A stretch of DNA of 64,000 bases from Brumimicrobium glaciale (GTDB lineage: Bacteria; Bacteroidota; Bacteroidia; Flavobacteriales_D; Crocinitomicaceae), in the NCBI RefSeq assembly GCF_004152935.1, contig NZ_SETE01000003.1, positions 387,876 through 451,875 on the forward strand. The letters are read 5' to 3'. Every line of letters begins with the position of its first letter. Within the stretch, counting starts at the first letter, position 1. The position numbers and the translations under genes were made by a program. The notes beneath the pieces were generated by a model. The model saw only the letters and a list, made by a program, of their open reading frames with translations. It ran no database searches and was not told where the DNA came from. This document shows positions 38,505 to 47,564 of the stretch, in pieces.

Positions 38505-39893
38505 ATGAAAAATTTAGACTTAAATATTAATTTTCTTTGGATAACGATTATAGCTTTATTCATTGGAGGAAATGCAATTGCACAAAAGAATTACACATTT
38601 TATGCTCTCGAAAACACAGCCCAATCTCATTATTTTAATCCTGCTTTTAAACCTTCTGCAAAGGTTTCAGTGAGTATTCCTGGATTATCGATGCACAGTT
38701 TTGGTGCTTCCAATAGCGGATTTAACTTGAGTAATCTTTTTAATGAAAGACCTCAAGACGATTCCTTACAGATCGATCCGCAGAAAGCGCTTAGTAAAAT
38801 GAAGGATAAGAATTTCTTAACTTTTGAATCTTACAACGAGATTTTTGCTTTCGGAATAAAAGTAAATAAAAACTATTTCAGTTTTGGAATTACCAACCGA
38901 TTAAATGCCAGTTTTATCTATACTAAAGACCTATTTACAATCGCTATAGAAGGAAACGGTAAATCACTTTTGGGTGAGCGTGCAAGCTTTGATGGAACAG
39001 GAATAAACCTAAATTCTTATGTGGAATACGCTTTAGGTTTCAATAGGGAAATAAATGATAAACTTGATGTTGGGGTAAGAATGAAAATTCTTTCTGGTAT
39101 TGCTAACGTAAACACACGAAAAAGCGAATTCGGAATACACACCAATAAAACTACGTTTGATCTAACGTTTGATGGTTCTGCTATCATTAACACTTCTGGG
39201 ATTAAGCCATTTTATGATACGCTTGCAACAGACGATTATATGCCATCCGATAACGCTTATAATTTTAAAAACTTTGGTCTGGCCTTCGATTTAGGTGCTT
39301 CTTACAAATTGACAGAGAAAATAAAAGTATCAGCGAGCTTACTTGATTTAGGTTTTATTACTTGGAAAACTGAAAATGCTACTTTTGAAATTGACGAAAT
39401 CAATTACAGATTTGAAGGTGTGTATTTGAATCAATTTTTAACAGACTCAACGGAAGCCGTTTTTCAACAATTGCAAGACACTTTAAAAGATGTTTTTTCA
39501 CAAGAAGAAAGCAGCGAAAATTACAGAACAGGATTAGCTACTCGTTTTTATTTAGGTGGGACTTATGAGTTAACTGAAAAATTTAAAGTTGGAGCTACAT
39601 TATATAATGAAATAATTAAATCAAATTATCGTGTCGCAGCAATTGTTTCAGGAACTATTCAATTAAAAAATTGGTTAAGCGCAACCATAAATTATTCACA
39701 ATATGCTAGATCTTTTGGAAGTATTGGCGCTGGAGTTTCTTTGCGAGGTGGACCTATTCAATTCTTTGTTGCCTCAGACAATATACTTGGTTTTATTGCT
39801 CCACAAAATTCAAAAAATGTGCATTTAAGTTTTGGTTTAAATCTTTTGTTTGGGAAACCAGATAAGCCAATTAATAAAAAAAGATACGGATAA
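38505..39893 (+). CDS. Secreted outer-membrane-like protein of unknown function
   Basis: 462 aa with a signal peptide and an alternating hydrophobic pattern suggesting a beta-barrel. 19 nt downstream of the lipoprotein gene. Confidence 0.5.
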   Translation: MKNLDLNINFLWITIIALFIGGNAIAQKNYTFYALENTAQSHYFNPAFKPSAKVSVSIPGLSMHSFGASNSGFNLSNLFNERPQDDSLQIDPQKALSKMKDKNFLTFESYNEIFAFGIKVNKNYFSFGITNRLNASFIYTKDLFTIAIEGNGKSLLGERASFDGTGINLNSYVEYALGFNREINDKLDVGVRMKILSGIANVNTRKSEFGIHTNKTTFDLTFDGSAIINTSGIKPFYDTLATDDYMPSDNAYNFKNFGLAFDLGASYKLTEKIKVSASLLDLGFITWKTENATFEIDEINYRFEGVYLNQFLTDSTEAVFQQLQDTLKDVFSQEESSENYRTGLATRFYLGGTYELTEKFKVGATLYNEIIKSNYRVAAIVSGTIQLKNWLSATINYSQYARSFGSIGAGVSLRGGPIQFFVASDNILGFIAPQNSKNVHLSFGLNLLFGKPDKPINKKRYG

Positions 39894-40083
39894 GAAAGTG
39901 AAAAGCTATTAAAAAAATGACGCTTTAGGCGTTAGAGAAATGACTTTTTTTCAAACATTTGTTTTCTGATGCTGTCTCCATAAAAAATCACAAAAAGTCA
40001 ATTTTGGGGATTAAATCAGCTAAAAAATGCGATATTAACGCTATTGTAAGGTATTTCACACCAAAATCTCAAAAAATAACTAG

Positions 40084-43000
40084 ATGAAAATTAAAAAAGT
40101 ACTTGTTGCCAATCGTGGAGAAATTGCGATTAGAATATTTCGATCATGTACAGAAATTGGCTTAAGAACCGTTGGAATTTACACATTTGAAGACCGTTAT
40201 TCTTTGCACCGATATAAAGCGGATGAAGCTTATCAAATTGGTGAAGATGATGATCCTATCAAACCTTACCTTGACATCAACAAAATTATTCAGGTTGCGA
40301 AAGAAAATGGTATAGATGCTATTCACCCTGGATATGGGTTTCTATCAGAAAATGCAGCATTTGCTCAAGCGTGTGAAGACAATGGAATAATTTTCATTGG
40401 TCCAGATGTTTCAGTTTTAAAATCTTTGGGAGATAAAGTAATGGCGAAAAAAGTAGCCATTGAAAACGGAATTCCAATTATTGAAAGTAATAAAAACGAC
40501 CTTACAACAGTAGAAATAGCTATTGAAGAAGCTGAAAAAATTGGCTACCCTGTAATGCTAAAAGCTGCCTCAGGAGGTGGTGGACGCGGAATGCGTGTGA
40601 TCAAAAACAGAGATGAGCTGAAAAAAGCTTATCCTGAATCAAAAAGAGAAGCGTTAGGTGCTTTTGGAGATGATACTGTTTTCTTAGAAAAATACGTTCA
40701 GAATCCGAAGCATATTGAAGTTCAAATTCTAGGTGACAAACACGGAAATTTAGTGCACATGTTTGAGCGTGATTGTTCTGTGCAACGCCGTTACCAAAAA
40801 GTAATTGAAATTGCTCCTTCTATTCATTTGCCGCAAGAAGTAAAAGATAAACTATATAAATATGCCTTAGATATCGGTAAAGCTGTGAATTACAGCAATG
40901 CCGGAACGGTAGAATTTTTGGTTGACGAAGACCAAAGTATTTACTTTATTGAGGTAAATCCGCGTATTCAAGTGGAGCATACAGTAACGGAAGTTGTGAC
41001 TGGAATTGACATTGTGAAATCACAAATATTTATTGCTGGTGGTTATAAATTGGCCGACGAACAAATCAAAATTACAAGTCAAGATTCAATTACCACCAAT
41101 GGATTTGCTGTTCAATGTAGAATAACAACAGAAGATCCTAAAAACGATTTCAAACCAGATTACGGAACAATTACTACTTACAGAAGTGGAAGTGGTTTTG
41201 GTATTCGTCTAGATGCTGGAAGTGTTTACCAAGGTGTTACTGTTTCGCCATTTTTCGATTCAATGTTAACGAAAATCACTGCCAACAGTAGAACTTTGGA
41301 TGGTGCTTGTCGTAAAATGAGACGTGCTTTAGCAGAATTTAGAGTCCGTGGTGTAAAAACCAATATGGCGTTTCTAGACAATATTCTAAACGACCCAACT
41401 TTTAGAGAAGGAAAAGTTACTGTAAATTATATTGCAAATACACCTGAGCTTTTCAATATTAGAGAACCACGTAACAGAGCAACAAAATTGCTTAATTTCT
41501 TAGGAGATGTAATTGTGAATGGAAATCCAGATGTGAAAATCATCGATCCAAATAAAAAATTAATTAAACCACATATTCCGAAATTTGATAAGCAAGCAGC
41601 TTATCCAAAAGGAACAAAAGATTTACTCACCGAATTAGGTCCAGAAGGATTCTCAAAATGGTTGAGTAATGAAAAGAAAATTCATTACACAGATACCACA
41701 ATGCGTGATGCGCACCAGAGTTTATTGGCGACACGTATGCGTACTTATGATTTAGAAAAAGTGGCCAAAGGATTCGCAATGAATCACCCAGAAGTTTTCA
41801 GTATGGAAGTTTGGGGTGGAGCGACATTCGATGTTTGTATGCGTTTCTTAAAGGAAAATCCTTGGGAACGTCTACGTGTTTTGAGAGCTGCAATGCCAAA
41901 TGTATTATTCCAAATGTTATTGCGTGGTTCAAACGGTGTGGGTTATACTGCTTATCCAGATAATTTAATCGAACGTTTTGTTTCTGAAGCTTGGGAAAAC
42001 GGAGTTGATATTTTCAGAATTTTCGATTCTCAAAACTGGATGAAATCTATCGGACCTGCAATTGAACATGTGCGCAAGAATACCAAAGGATTGGCAGAAG
42101 GTGCGATGTGTTACACGGGAGATATTTTAAACCCAAATGAGCAAAAATATAATCTAAAATACTATTTAGATCTTGCCAAAGAAATTGAAAATGCTGGAGC
42201 TCATATTTTAGCCATTAAAGACATGGCAGGTTTATTAAAGCCTTATGCAGCAACGGAATTAATTACGGCTTTGAAGTCGGAAATTAAGATTCCAATTCAT
42301 TTGCATACACACGATACCTCATCCATTCAATCTGCAACTTACATTAAGGCAATTGAAGCTGGTGTTGATGTTGTAGATGTTGCTTTGGGCGGATTAAGTG
42401 GATTAACTTCACAACCCAACTTCAACTCTATCGTGGAATCTATGCGTTTTCAAGAGCGTGAGAATAAAATGGACATTCAAAAATTGAATGAATATTCTAC
42501 CTATTGGTCAGATGTGCGTGATTACTATTATCCATTCGAATCTGGATTAAAATCTGGAACTGGAGAAGTATTTACACACGAAATTCCGGGTGGACAATAT
42601 TCTAACTTAATTCCACAAGCAGAATCTTTAGGATTAAGAGATCGTTTTTCTGAAATTACAGAAATGTATACGAAAGTGAATAAACTTTTCGGAAACATAA
42701 TTAAGGTAACACCAAGTTCGAAAGTTGTGGGTGACATGGCGCAATACTTAGTAAGTAACAACTTGACGATTGAAGATTTCATGGAAAAAGGAGAGACATT
42801 GTCTTTCCCAGAATCTGTGATCAGTTTCTTTCGTGGTGATTTAGGTCAACCCGTTGGTGGATTCCCAAAGGACATTCAAAAAATCATTTTACGTGATGAA
42901 AAACCATACACGGATCGTCCAAATGCGCACCTGGAACCAATTGATTTTGATAAAGAATTCGCTGAGTTTAAAAAGGAATTCGATGCTGGAATGGACAGGG

Positions 43001-43536
43001 AATTAGAGATTACTGATTTCTTATCTTACAAACTGTATCCAAAAGTATTTACTGATTTGTATAATCACTATCTCAAGTTTGGTAAAGTGATGCAAATTCC
43101 AACTAAAAACTTCTTCTACGGAATAAAGCCAGGGGAAGAAATTATTATTGAATTAGACAAAGGAAAAACTTTATTGATTGAGTTGATTTCTGTTACAGAA
43201 GCCAATGATGACGGTGAAAGAACAGTATTCTTCAAAATCAATGGACAAACAAGAAGTACTGATATTAAAGACAATACCATCTTAGTTGAAAAAATAGTTC
43301 ACCAAAAAGTGGACAAAAATAACGTCAATGAAATAGGTGCTCCATTGCAAGGATCTTTATCTTCCATCTTGGTAAAAGAAGGAGATACAGTTGAGAAAAA
43401 CCAAGGTTTATTTGTAATCGAAGCCATGAAAATGGGAACAACGATTTGTGCAAATGCCGAAGGAAAAATCAAGAGAATTTATCTGAAAGAAGGAACGATG
43501 GTGCACAGTGATGATTTGATTGTGGAAATGGAGTGA
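40084..43536 (+). CDS. pyc: Pyruvate carboxylase (biotin carboxylase + carboxyltransferase + biotinyl domains)
   Basis: 1150 aa. BC ATP-grasp region (MLKAASGGGGRGMRV), a carboxyltransferase TIM barrel (DTTMRDAHQSLLATR), and a C-terminal biotinylation motif EAMKM. Confidence 0.95.
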   Translation: MKIKKVLVANRGEIAIRIFRSCTEIGLRTVGIYTFEDRYSLHRYKADEAYQIGEDDDPIKPYLDINKIIQVAKENGIDAIHPGYGFLSENAAFAQACEDNGIIFIGPDVSVLKSLGDKVMAKKVAIENGIPIIESNKNDLTTVEIAIEEAEKIGYPVMLKAASGGGGRGMRVIKNRDELKKAYPESKREALGAFGDDTVFLEKYVQNPKHIEVQILGDKHGNLVHMFERDCSVQRRYQKVIEIAPSIHLPQEVKDKLYKYALDIGKAVNYSNAGTVEFLVDEDQSIYFIEVNPRIQVEHTVTEVVTGIDIVKSQIFIAGGYKLADEQIKITSQDSITTNGFAVQCRITTEDPKNDFKPDYGTITTYRSGSGFGIRLDAGSVYQGVTVSPFFDSMLTKITANSRTLDGACRKMRRALAEFRVRGVKTNMAFLDNILNDPTFREGKVTVNYIANTPELFNIREPRNRATKLLNFLGDVIVNGNPDVKIIDPNKKLIKPHIPKFDKQAAYPKGTKDLLTELGPEGFSKWLSNEKKIHYTDTTMRDAHQSLLATRMRTYDLEKVAKGFAMNHPEVFSMEVWGGATFDVCMRFLKENPWERLRVLRAAMPNVLFQMLLRGSNGVGYTAYPDNLIERFVSEAWENGVDIFRIFDSQNWMKSIGPAIEHVRKNTKGLAEGAMCYTGDILNPNEQKYNLKYYLDLAKEIENAGAHILAIKDMAGLLKPYAATELITALKSEIKIPIHLHTHDTSSIQSATYIKAIEAGVDVVDVALGGLSGLTSQPNFNSIVESMRFQERENKMDIQKLNEYSTYWSDVRDYYYPFESGLKSGTGEVFTHEIPGGQYSNLIPQAESLGLRDRFSEITEMYTKVNKLFGNIIKVTPSSKVVGDMAQYLVSNNLTIEDFMEKGETLSFPESVISFFRGDLGQPVGGFPKDIQKIILRDEKPYTDRPNAHLEPIDFDKEFAEFKKEFDAGMDRELEITDFLSYKLYPKVFTDLYNHYLKFGKVMQIPTKNFFYGIKPGEEIIIELDKGKTLLIELISVTEANDDGERTVFFKINGQTRSTDIKDNTILVEKIVHQKVDKNNVNEIGAPLQGSLSSILVKEGDTVEKNQGLFVIEAMKMGTTICANAEGKIKRIYLKEGTMVHSDDLIVEME

Positions 43537-43555
43537 GACAGTGTTGAGTATTGAG

Positions 43556-43582
43556 TAGGGACGGTTTGCAAGCTGTCCCTAC
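43556..43582. repeat. Family C palindromic unit (gggacggtttgcaagctgtccc) immediately after the pyc stop
   Basis: Stem gggac...gtccc around the core ggtttgcaagc. Same core as 36205..36285. Confidence 0.5.
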
Positions 43583-43689
43583 CCAAGTAAACTCGATTAA
43601 AATCGGCAGGAAGAAAAAAGGTGAATATGGGCTCGGAGTGAGGGCTTCTAACGTGAATTTTGTGAGTTGGTGTTGTTAGGTGTTTTTTC

Positions 43690-43720
43690 TCCCGCAGATT
43701 ATCGCAGATTTCGCAGATTT
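43690..43720. repeat. Three tandem CGCAGATT-type 9-mers; related copy at 12278..12300
   Basis: tcccgcagattatcgcagatttcgcagatt then a T-run. 12278..12300 has tccctcagattttgcgcagatt (17/21 identical). Confidence 0.5.
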
Positions 43721-43917
43721 TTTTTGGTGCGTGACTTCTGTAGACTTTAAAACTAGTTTCCTTTCTATCCAATCTCGGTGAATCACTGTACTTTCTCAGT
43801 GCCCTCTGTGCAAAACCTTTCTTCTCTCCCCTCTCTCTGCGAATCTCTGCCCCTCCGCGCATCTCTGCGTCATTCTTTTTCTCTTCTCTTTGAGACCTCC
43901 GCGGTTAAATTTTATCT

Positions 43918-44928
43918 TTGTCCTCCATGAGAATTGATCCATTTGTAATTGCCATCACGTTAAGTATAGTCTTGGCGTATTTCTTTCCGCAACTCGGTGC
44001 TTCTGGAAGTCCTATTCCTCTAAACATCATTGCAAGTTTGGGGATTTCACTCATCTTCTTTTTCTATGGATTAAAACTCTCCACCGAAGCCATTAAAAGC
44101 AGTTTAAAGAACTGGAAACTTCACGTTGTTGTTCAAGCAAGCACATTCGTCCTATTCCCTTTGATTGTCGTTGTATTCTATCCGCTAGTTAAAGACACAA
44201 CTCACGAGATGCTTTGGCTTTCCTTACTTTTTATGGCTGCTTTGCCTTCTACCGTTTCTTCATCTGTTGTGATGGTTTCTTTGGCCAAAGGAAATATTCC
44301 TGCAGCTATTTTTAATGCCAGTATTTCGGGAATCATTGGAATAATAATTACTCCATTGTGGATGACGACTTTCATTCAACAAACCGATATCGCTTATGAT
44401 TTCTCCGCTATTTATTTGCAACTGGGAATGGAAATCTTGCTGCCACTTATCTTGGGATTATTGTTGCGAAAATACCTTGGAGCTTTCGCACAAAAGAACA
44501 AGCGTGGATTAAGTCTATTCGATAAATCTATAATTCTCCTTATCATTTACAAAAGTTTTGTTCATTCCTTTGAAGAAAAGGTTTTCAGCAGCGTGAGTAT
44601 CTTCGATTTATTAATCATGTTTGTTCTTGTGATTGCGCTTTTCTTCCTCGTATTTTTCATTACTGGATGGATAGGAAAACGTTTACACTTCAACCGTGAA
44701 GATAGAATTACCGCTCAATTTTGCGGAACTAAAAAATCGCTTGTCCATGGAACCGTTTTTTCTGAAGCTTTGTTTGGTCAAACGAGTATTATGGGATTGA
44801 TGCTATTGCCGTTAATGCTTTTCCATGCGGTACAGATTTTAATTATTAGTGTTTTGGCTACTAAAATGGGGAAAGAGGAAACGGAACGGGAGATTGCAGA
44901 ATCACGAAGTTCCCATCAAAATAACTAG
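43918..44928 (+). CDS. Bile acid:sodium symporter (BASS) family transporter
   Basis: 336 aa with ~10 TM helices. BASS-like core, with a conserved SSVV region (LPSTVSSSVVMVSLAKGN). Confidence 0.7.
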   Translation: MSSMRIDPFVIAITLSIVLAYFFPQLGASGSPIPLNIIASLGISLIFFFYGLKLSTEAIKSSLKNWKLHVVVQASTFVLFPLIVVVFYPLVKDTTHEMLWLSLLFMAALPSTVSSSVVMVSLAKGNIPAAIFNASISGIIGIIITPLWMTTFIQQTDIAYDFSAIYLQLGMEILLPLILGLLLRKYLGAFAQKNKRGLSLFDKSIILLIIYKSFVHSFEEKVFSSVSIFDLLIMFVLVIALFFLVFFITGWIGKRLHFNREDRITAQFCGTKKSLVHGTVFSEALFGQTSIMGLMLLPLMLFHAVQILIISVLATKMGKEETEREIAESRSSHQNN

Positions 44929-45137
44929 TTTAAAAACAGCTTTTTTTCAGGTCGTTTTTTAAGGAAAATTACTTTTTTAACAATTGGTTACGAACTAAAA
45001 GGGTATAATTGTTAATTAATTATGCAGTTACATGATACATTAGAACATATTCTCTTAAATATAATTTTCCGTAATTAAGAAGAAAAAAATGACTCGAACA
45101 CTACTAAAAAACAAAGGCGAAATTATTTATATCTACT

Positions 45138-46082
45138 ATGAAAGAATCTATTTTTAAATCCACATTACAATCTTATGTATCAAAAACAGCTGTATTGGCA
45201 ATACTTTTGTTGATTGGAACAACACTAAACGCTCAAGTTGCATTCTATTTGAGACCGACGGTGAATATGAAGACAAACCAAAGTAGTTTTGGAACTGAAT
45301 ATCAAATGAACACTTATAATTCCGTCACCAACGAACATTTTACGTTTGTAAACAGACCAATGTTTTTGGATGGCCATATTGACTTAGGAATTAACGTAGG
45401 AATTCAGATAAAAGAAAAGCACTTTATAGAACTAGGTATATCCTCCGATCATTCTAGTATTGGAAGAAGTCTATTAACGCATTCAAATTTCAACGATTAT
45501 GAAACAGGAGAAAACTACACAAGCAATAGTTATTCACATACTACGGTAAGCCCTTTTTATGCAAGGATATCTGCTGATTACCACAATAATTTTTGGAACA
45601 ACAAGAAAGGAACTATAGGTTTTCGAAGTATTGCAGGAATAGGATTTTTATTTAGTGGAAATAGTAAACTTCAAATTAATGGAAGTGGACATGGAAACGG
45701 AAATTTAATCATGGGCAATGATGATTATGGAACTGGAATAACAGGTGATAATGATATTCAACAAATAGCCCCTGATGTTTTCATAACTGATTACGTAAGT
45801 AAAATTGAAACTTATGATGGTGTTACAGCATCCGTTAAGCTTGGACTAGGAATAGATTTCAGTACCAAAAAAGATTTTCATTTATTCTCATTTGATGTTT
45901 CCTATCTTCTAAGCACCAGACCTGTCCAGTTTCAAGAAACTAAAATCACAGTAATTGATAATGGTTTTGAAACAAATTATAGATATAATCAATCCAGTAG
46001 AGGTTCAGGATTATACTTTACATTATCGAGAAGATTCCAATTTTACCCTTGGAAACCTATAATTAAGAAACAGCAACTTTAG
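45138..46082 (+). CDS. Secreted protein of unknown function (tandem paralogue 1)
   Basis: 314 aa with a signal peptide (LNAQVAFYLRPT). Shares conserved blocks with 46306..47235: EHFTFxNxP, IQIKEKHFIELG, DYHNNFW, and FSxDxSYLLSxRPVQ. Confidence 0.6.
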   Translation: MKESIFKSTLQSYVSKTAVLAILLLIGTTLNAQVAFYLRPTVNMKTNQSSFGTEYQMNTYNSVTNEHFTFVNRPMFLDGHIDLGINVGIQIKEKHFIELGISSDHSSIGRSLLTHSNFNDYETGENYTSNSYSHTTVSPFYARISADYHNNFWNNKKGTIGFRSIAGIGFLFSGNSKLQINGSGHGNGNLIMGNDDYGTGITGDNDIQQIAPDVFITDYVSKIETYDGVTASVKLGLGIDFSTKKDFHLFSFDVSYLLSTRPVQFQETKITVIDNGFETNYRYNQSSRGSGLYFTLSRRFQFYPWKPIIKKQQL

Positions 46083-46305
46083 AAATAAGGATACTGTTTT
46101 TAGTTAAACCATTTTTAATTAAAAATACACCTTTATTATTAAATTATTGGCACCTATTTTGAAGAGCAAATATTTAAGCAAGAATTAATTTTTTAACAAA
46201 TACATATCTGTTTTAGAGTTAATATTGCAAGTTGTTTTGAAAAATAAAAGGAGATGATTTTACCTGAACGCTCCTAGATTAAAAGTAAGGCCCACTACAT
46301 TTTAT

Positions 46306-47235
46306 ATGAACATGAAAAAATCTGCATTTGAACCATTACTGTTTTTGTTGAAAACGGATAAATTAATCAACCTGAAAAAATCAACATTACTCTCCATATT
46401 TTTATTGTTTGGAATTACCTTAAACGCACAAGTTGCGTTTTATTTGAGACCGACAATTATTGCTAAAACCAACCAAGGTAAATTTGGAAGTTTTAGCGGT
46501 AAGGCGTCATTTAATACGATAACCAATGAGCATTTTACGTTTGCGAATCAACCTGTTTTATTCAGTGGATATCTCGATATAGGTTTTAATATTGGAATCC
46601 AAATAAAGGAAAAGCATTTCATTGAATTGGGTTTATCATCTGATTACTCTAGTATTGGAAACAATATTTTGATTAATTCAACTTATACTGATTTTCAAAC
46701 AGGTAAAGAATACATAACGAACAATTATTCTATGGGCACTACAAGTATATATTATCCGCGACTTTCTGTAGATTACCACAATAATTTCTGGAGTAATCCA
46801 AAAGAGACATTGCGAATTCGAAGCGTTGCAGGAGTAGGAGTTTTAATAGGTGGGAAAAGTATTGCTAGCAATGGAGGAGATTCTCCAGATCAACCAAATT
46901 CTCCCGAGGACTACCGTGAAATAGGACCAAATATTTTCATCACAAATGAATACTCTACAAGTACTAACAACGGAGGAAATACTGCTTACTTTAAACTAGG
47001 TTTTGGAATGGATTTCAACACGAAAAAAGACAGACATTTATTCTCTTTGGATGCATCTTATCTGCTTAGCGCAAGACCTGTACAATATGAAGAAACAAGA
47101 ATTCATGTGCTTGACAATGGAAATGAAGTAAACTATTTATTCGATCAATCAAGCAGAGGATCTGGTTTTTACTTCCAAATTTCTAGAAAGTTCCAGGTTT
47201 ATCCTTGGATTCCTATAAGAAAAGATAAAATATAA
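46306..47235 (+). CDS. Secreted protein of unknown function (tandem paralogue 2; 3' end altered by a ~105-bp insertion)
   Basis: 309 aa. The sequence homologous to paralogue 1's last codons (aaacggcaactttagaaataagg) reappears ~100 bp downstream of its stop. Confidence 0.6.
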   Translation: MNMKKSAFEPLLFLLKTDKLINLKKSTLLSIFLLFGITLNAQVAFYLRPTIIAKTNQGKFGSFSGKASFNTITNEHFTFANQPVLFSGYLDIGFNIGIQIKEKHFIELGLSSDYSSIGNNILINSTYTDFQTGKEYITNNYSMGTTSIYYPRLSVDYHNNFWSNPKETLRIRSVAGVGVLIGGKSIASNGGDSPDQPNSPEDYREIGPNIFITNEYSTSTNNGGNTAYFKLGFGMDFNTKKDRHLFSLDASYLLSARPVQYEETRIHVLDNGNEVNYLFDQSSRGSGFYFQISRKFQVYPWIPIRKDKI

Positions 47236-47302
47236 ATTGGAGCTTCGACTCCAGTATTATGTCATTCCCAACTGGGGCTTCGACTGCGCTCAGCCGCCAG
47301 TT

Positions 47303-47330
47303 GATAATTGATAATTGATAATTGATAACT
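47303..47330. repeat. (GATAATTG)x3-4 tandem repeat downstream of paralogue 2
   Basis: ttgataattgataattgataattgataac. Similar TTGATAATT units follow the stop codons of the genes ending at 6235 and 16337. Confidence 0.55.
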
Positions 47331-47564
47331 ATGAAACGGCAACTTTAGAAATAAGGTTGCTGTTTTTGTTTTTTGTAGGATAATATTGAATTGAAACACT
47401 TTTTCTAAAGAATTAATTCATCACAATAGAATTGATTTATCAAACAAGGACTATTAAATAGATGTGAAATTTCAACAAATTAAAAACACATCAACAAAAT
47501 CCCTATCGGGTGAACAATTTACAATTAAAATTTAACCATTAAAATATTAACTTTAGCCCTGCTA

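Noticed and set aside
43690-43720. CRISPR-like short repeats (cgcagatt x3; gataattg x4 at 47303..47330)
   Set aside because: The units are 8-9 nt with no spacers of 25-40 nt between them, and there are no cas genes. These are simple tandem repeats, not CRISPR.
43479-43862. 127-aa minus-strand ORF
   Set aside because: It overlaps the pyc 3' end and the pyrimidine-rich intergenic tract. The Arg/Ser-rich low-complexity translation is typical of antisense reading of C/T-rich DNA.
47239-47290. tRNA or tmRNA gene suggested by GGAGCTTCGACTCC and GGCTTCGACTGC (T-arm-like)
   Set aside because: There is no acceptor/D/anticodon arm context and no CCA or 7-bp acceptor complement. These are only T-arm-like fragments, reported instead as a possible att/insertion remnant.
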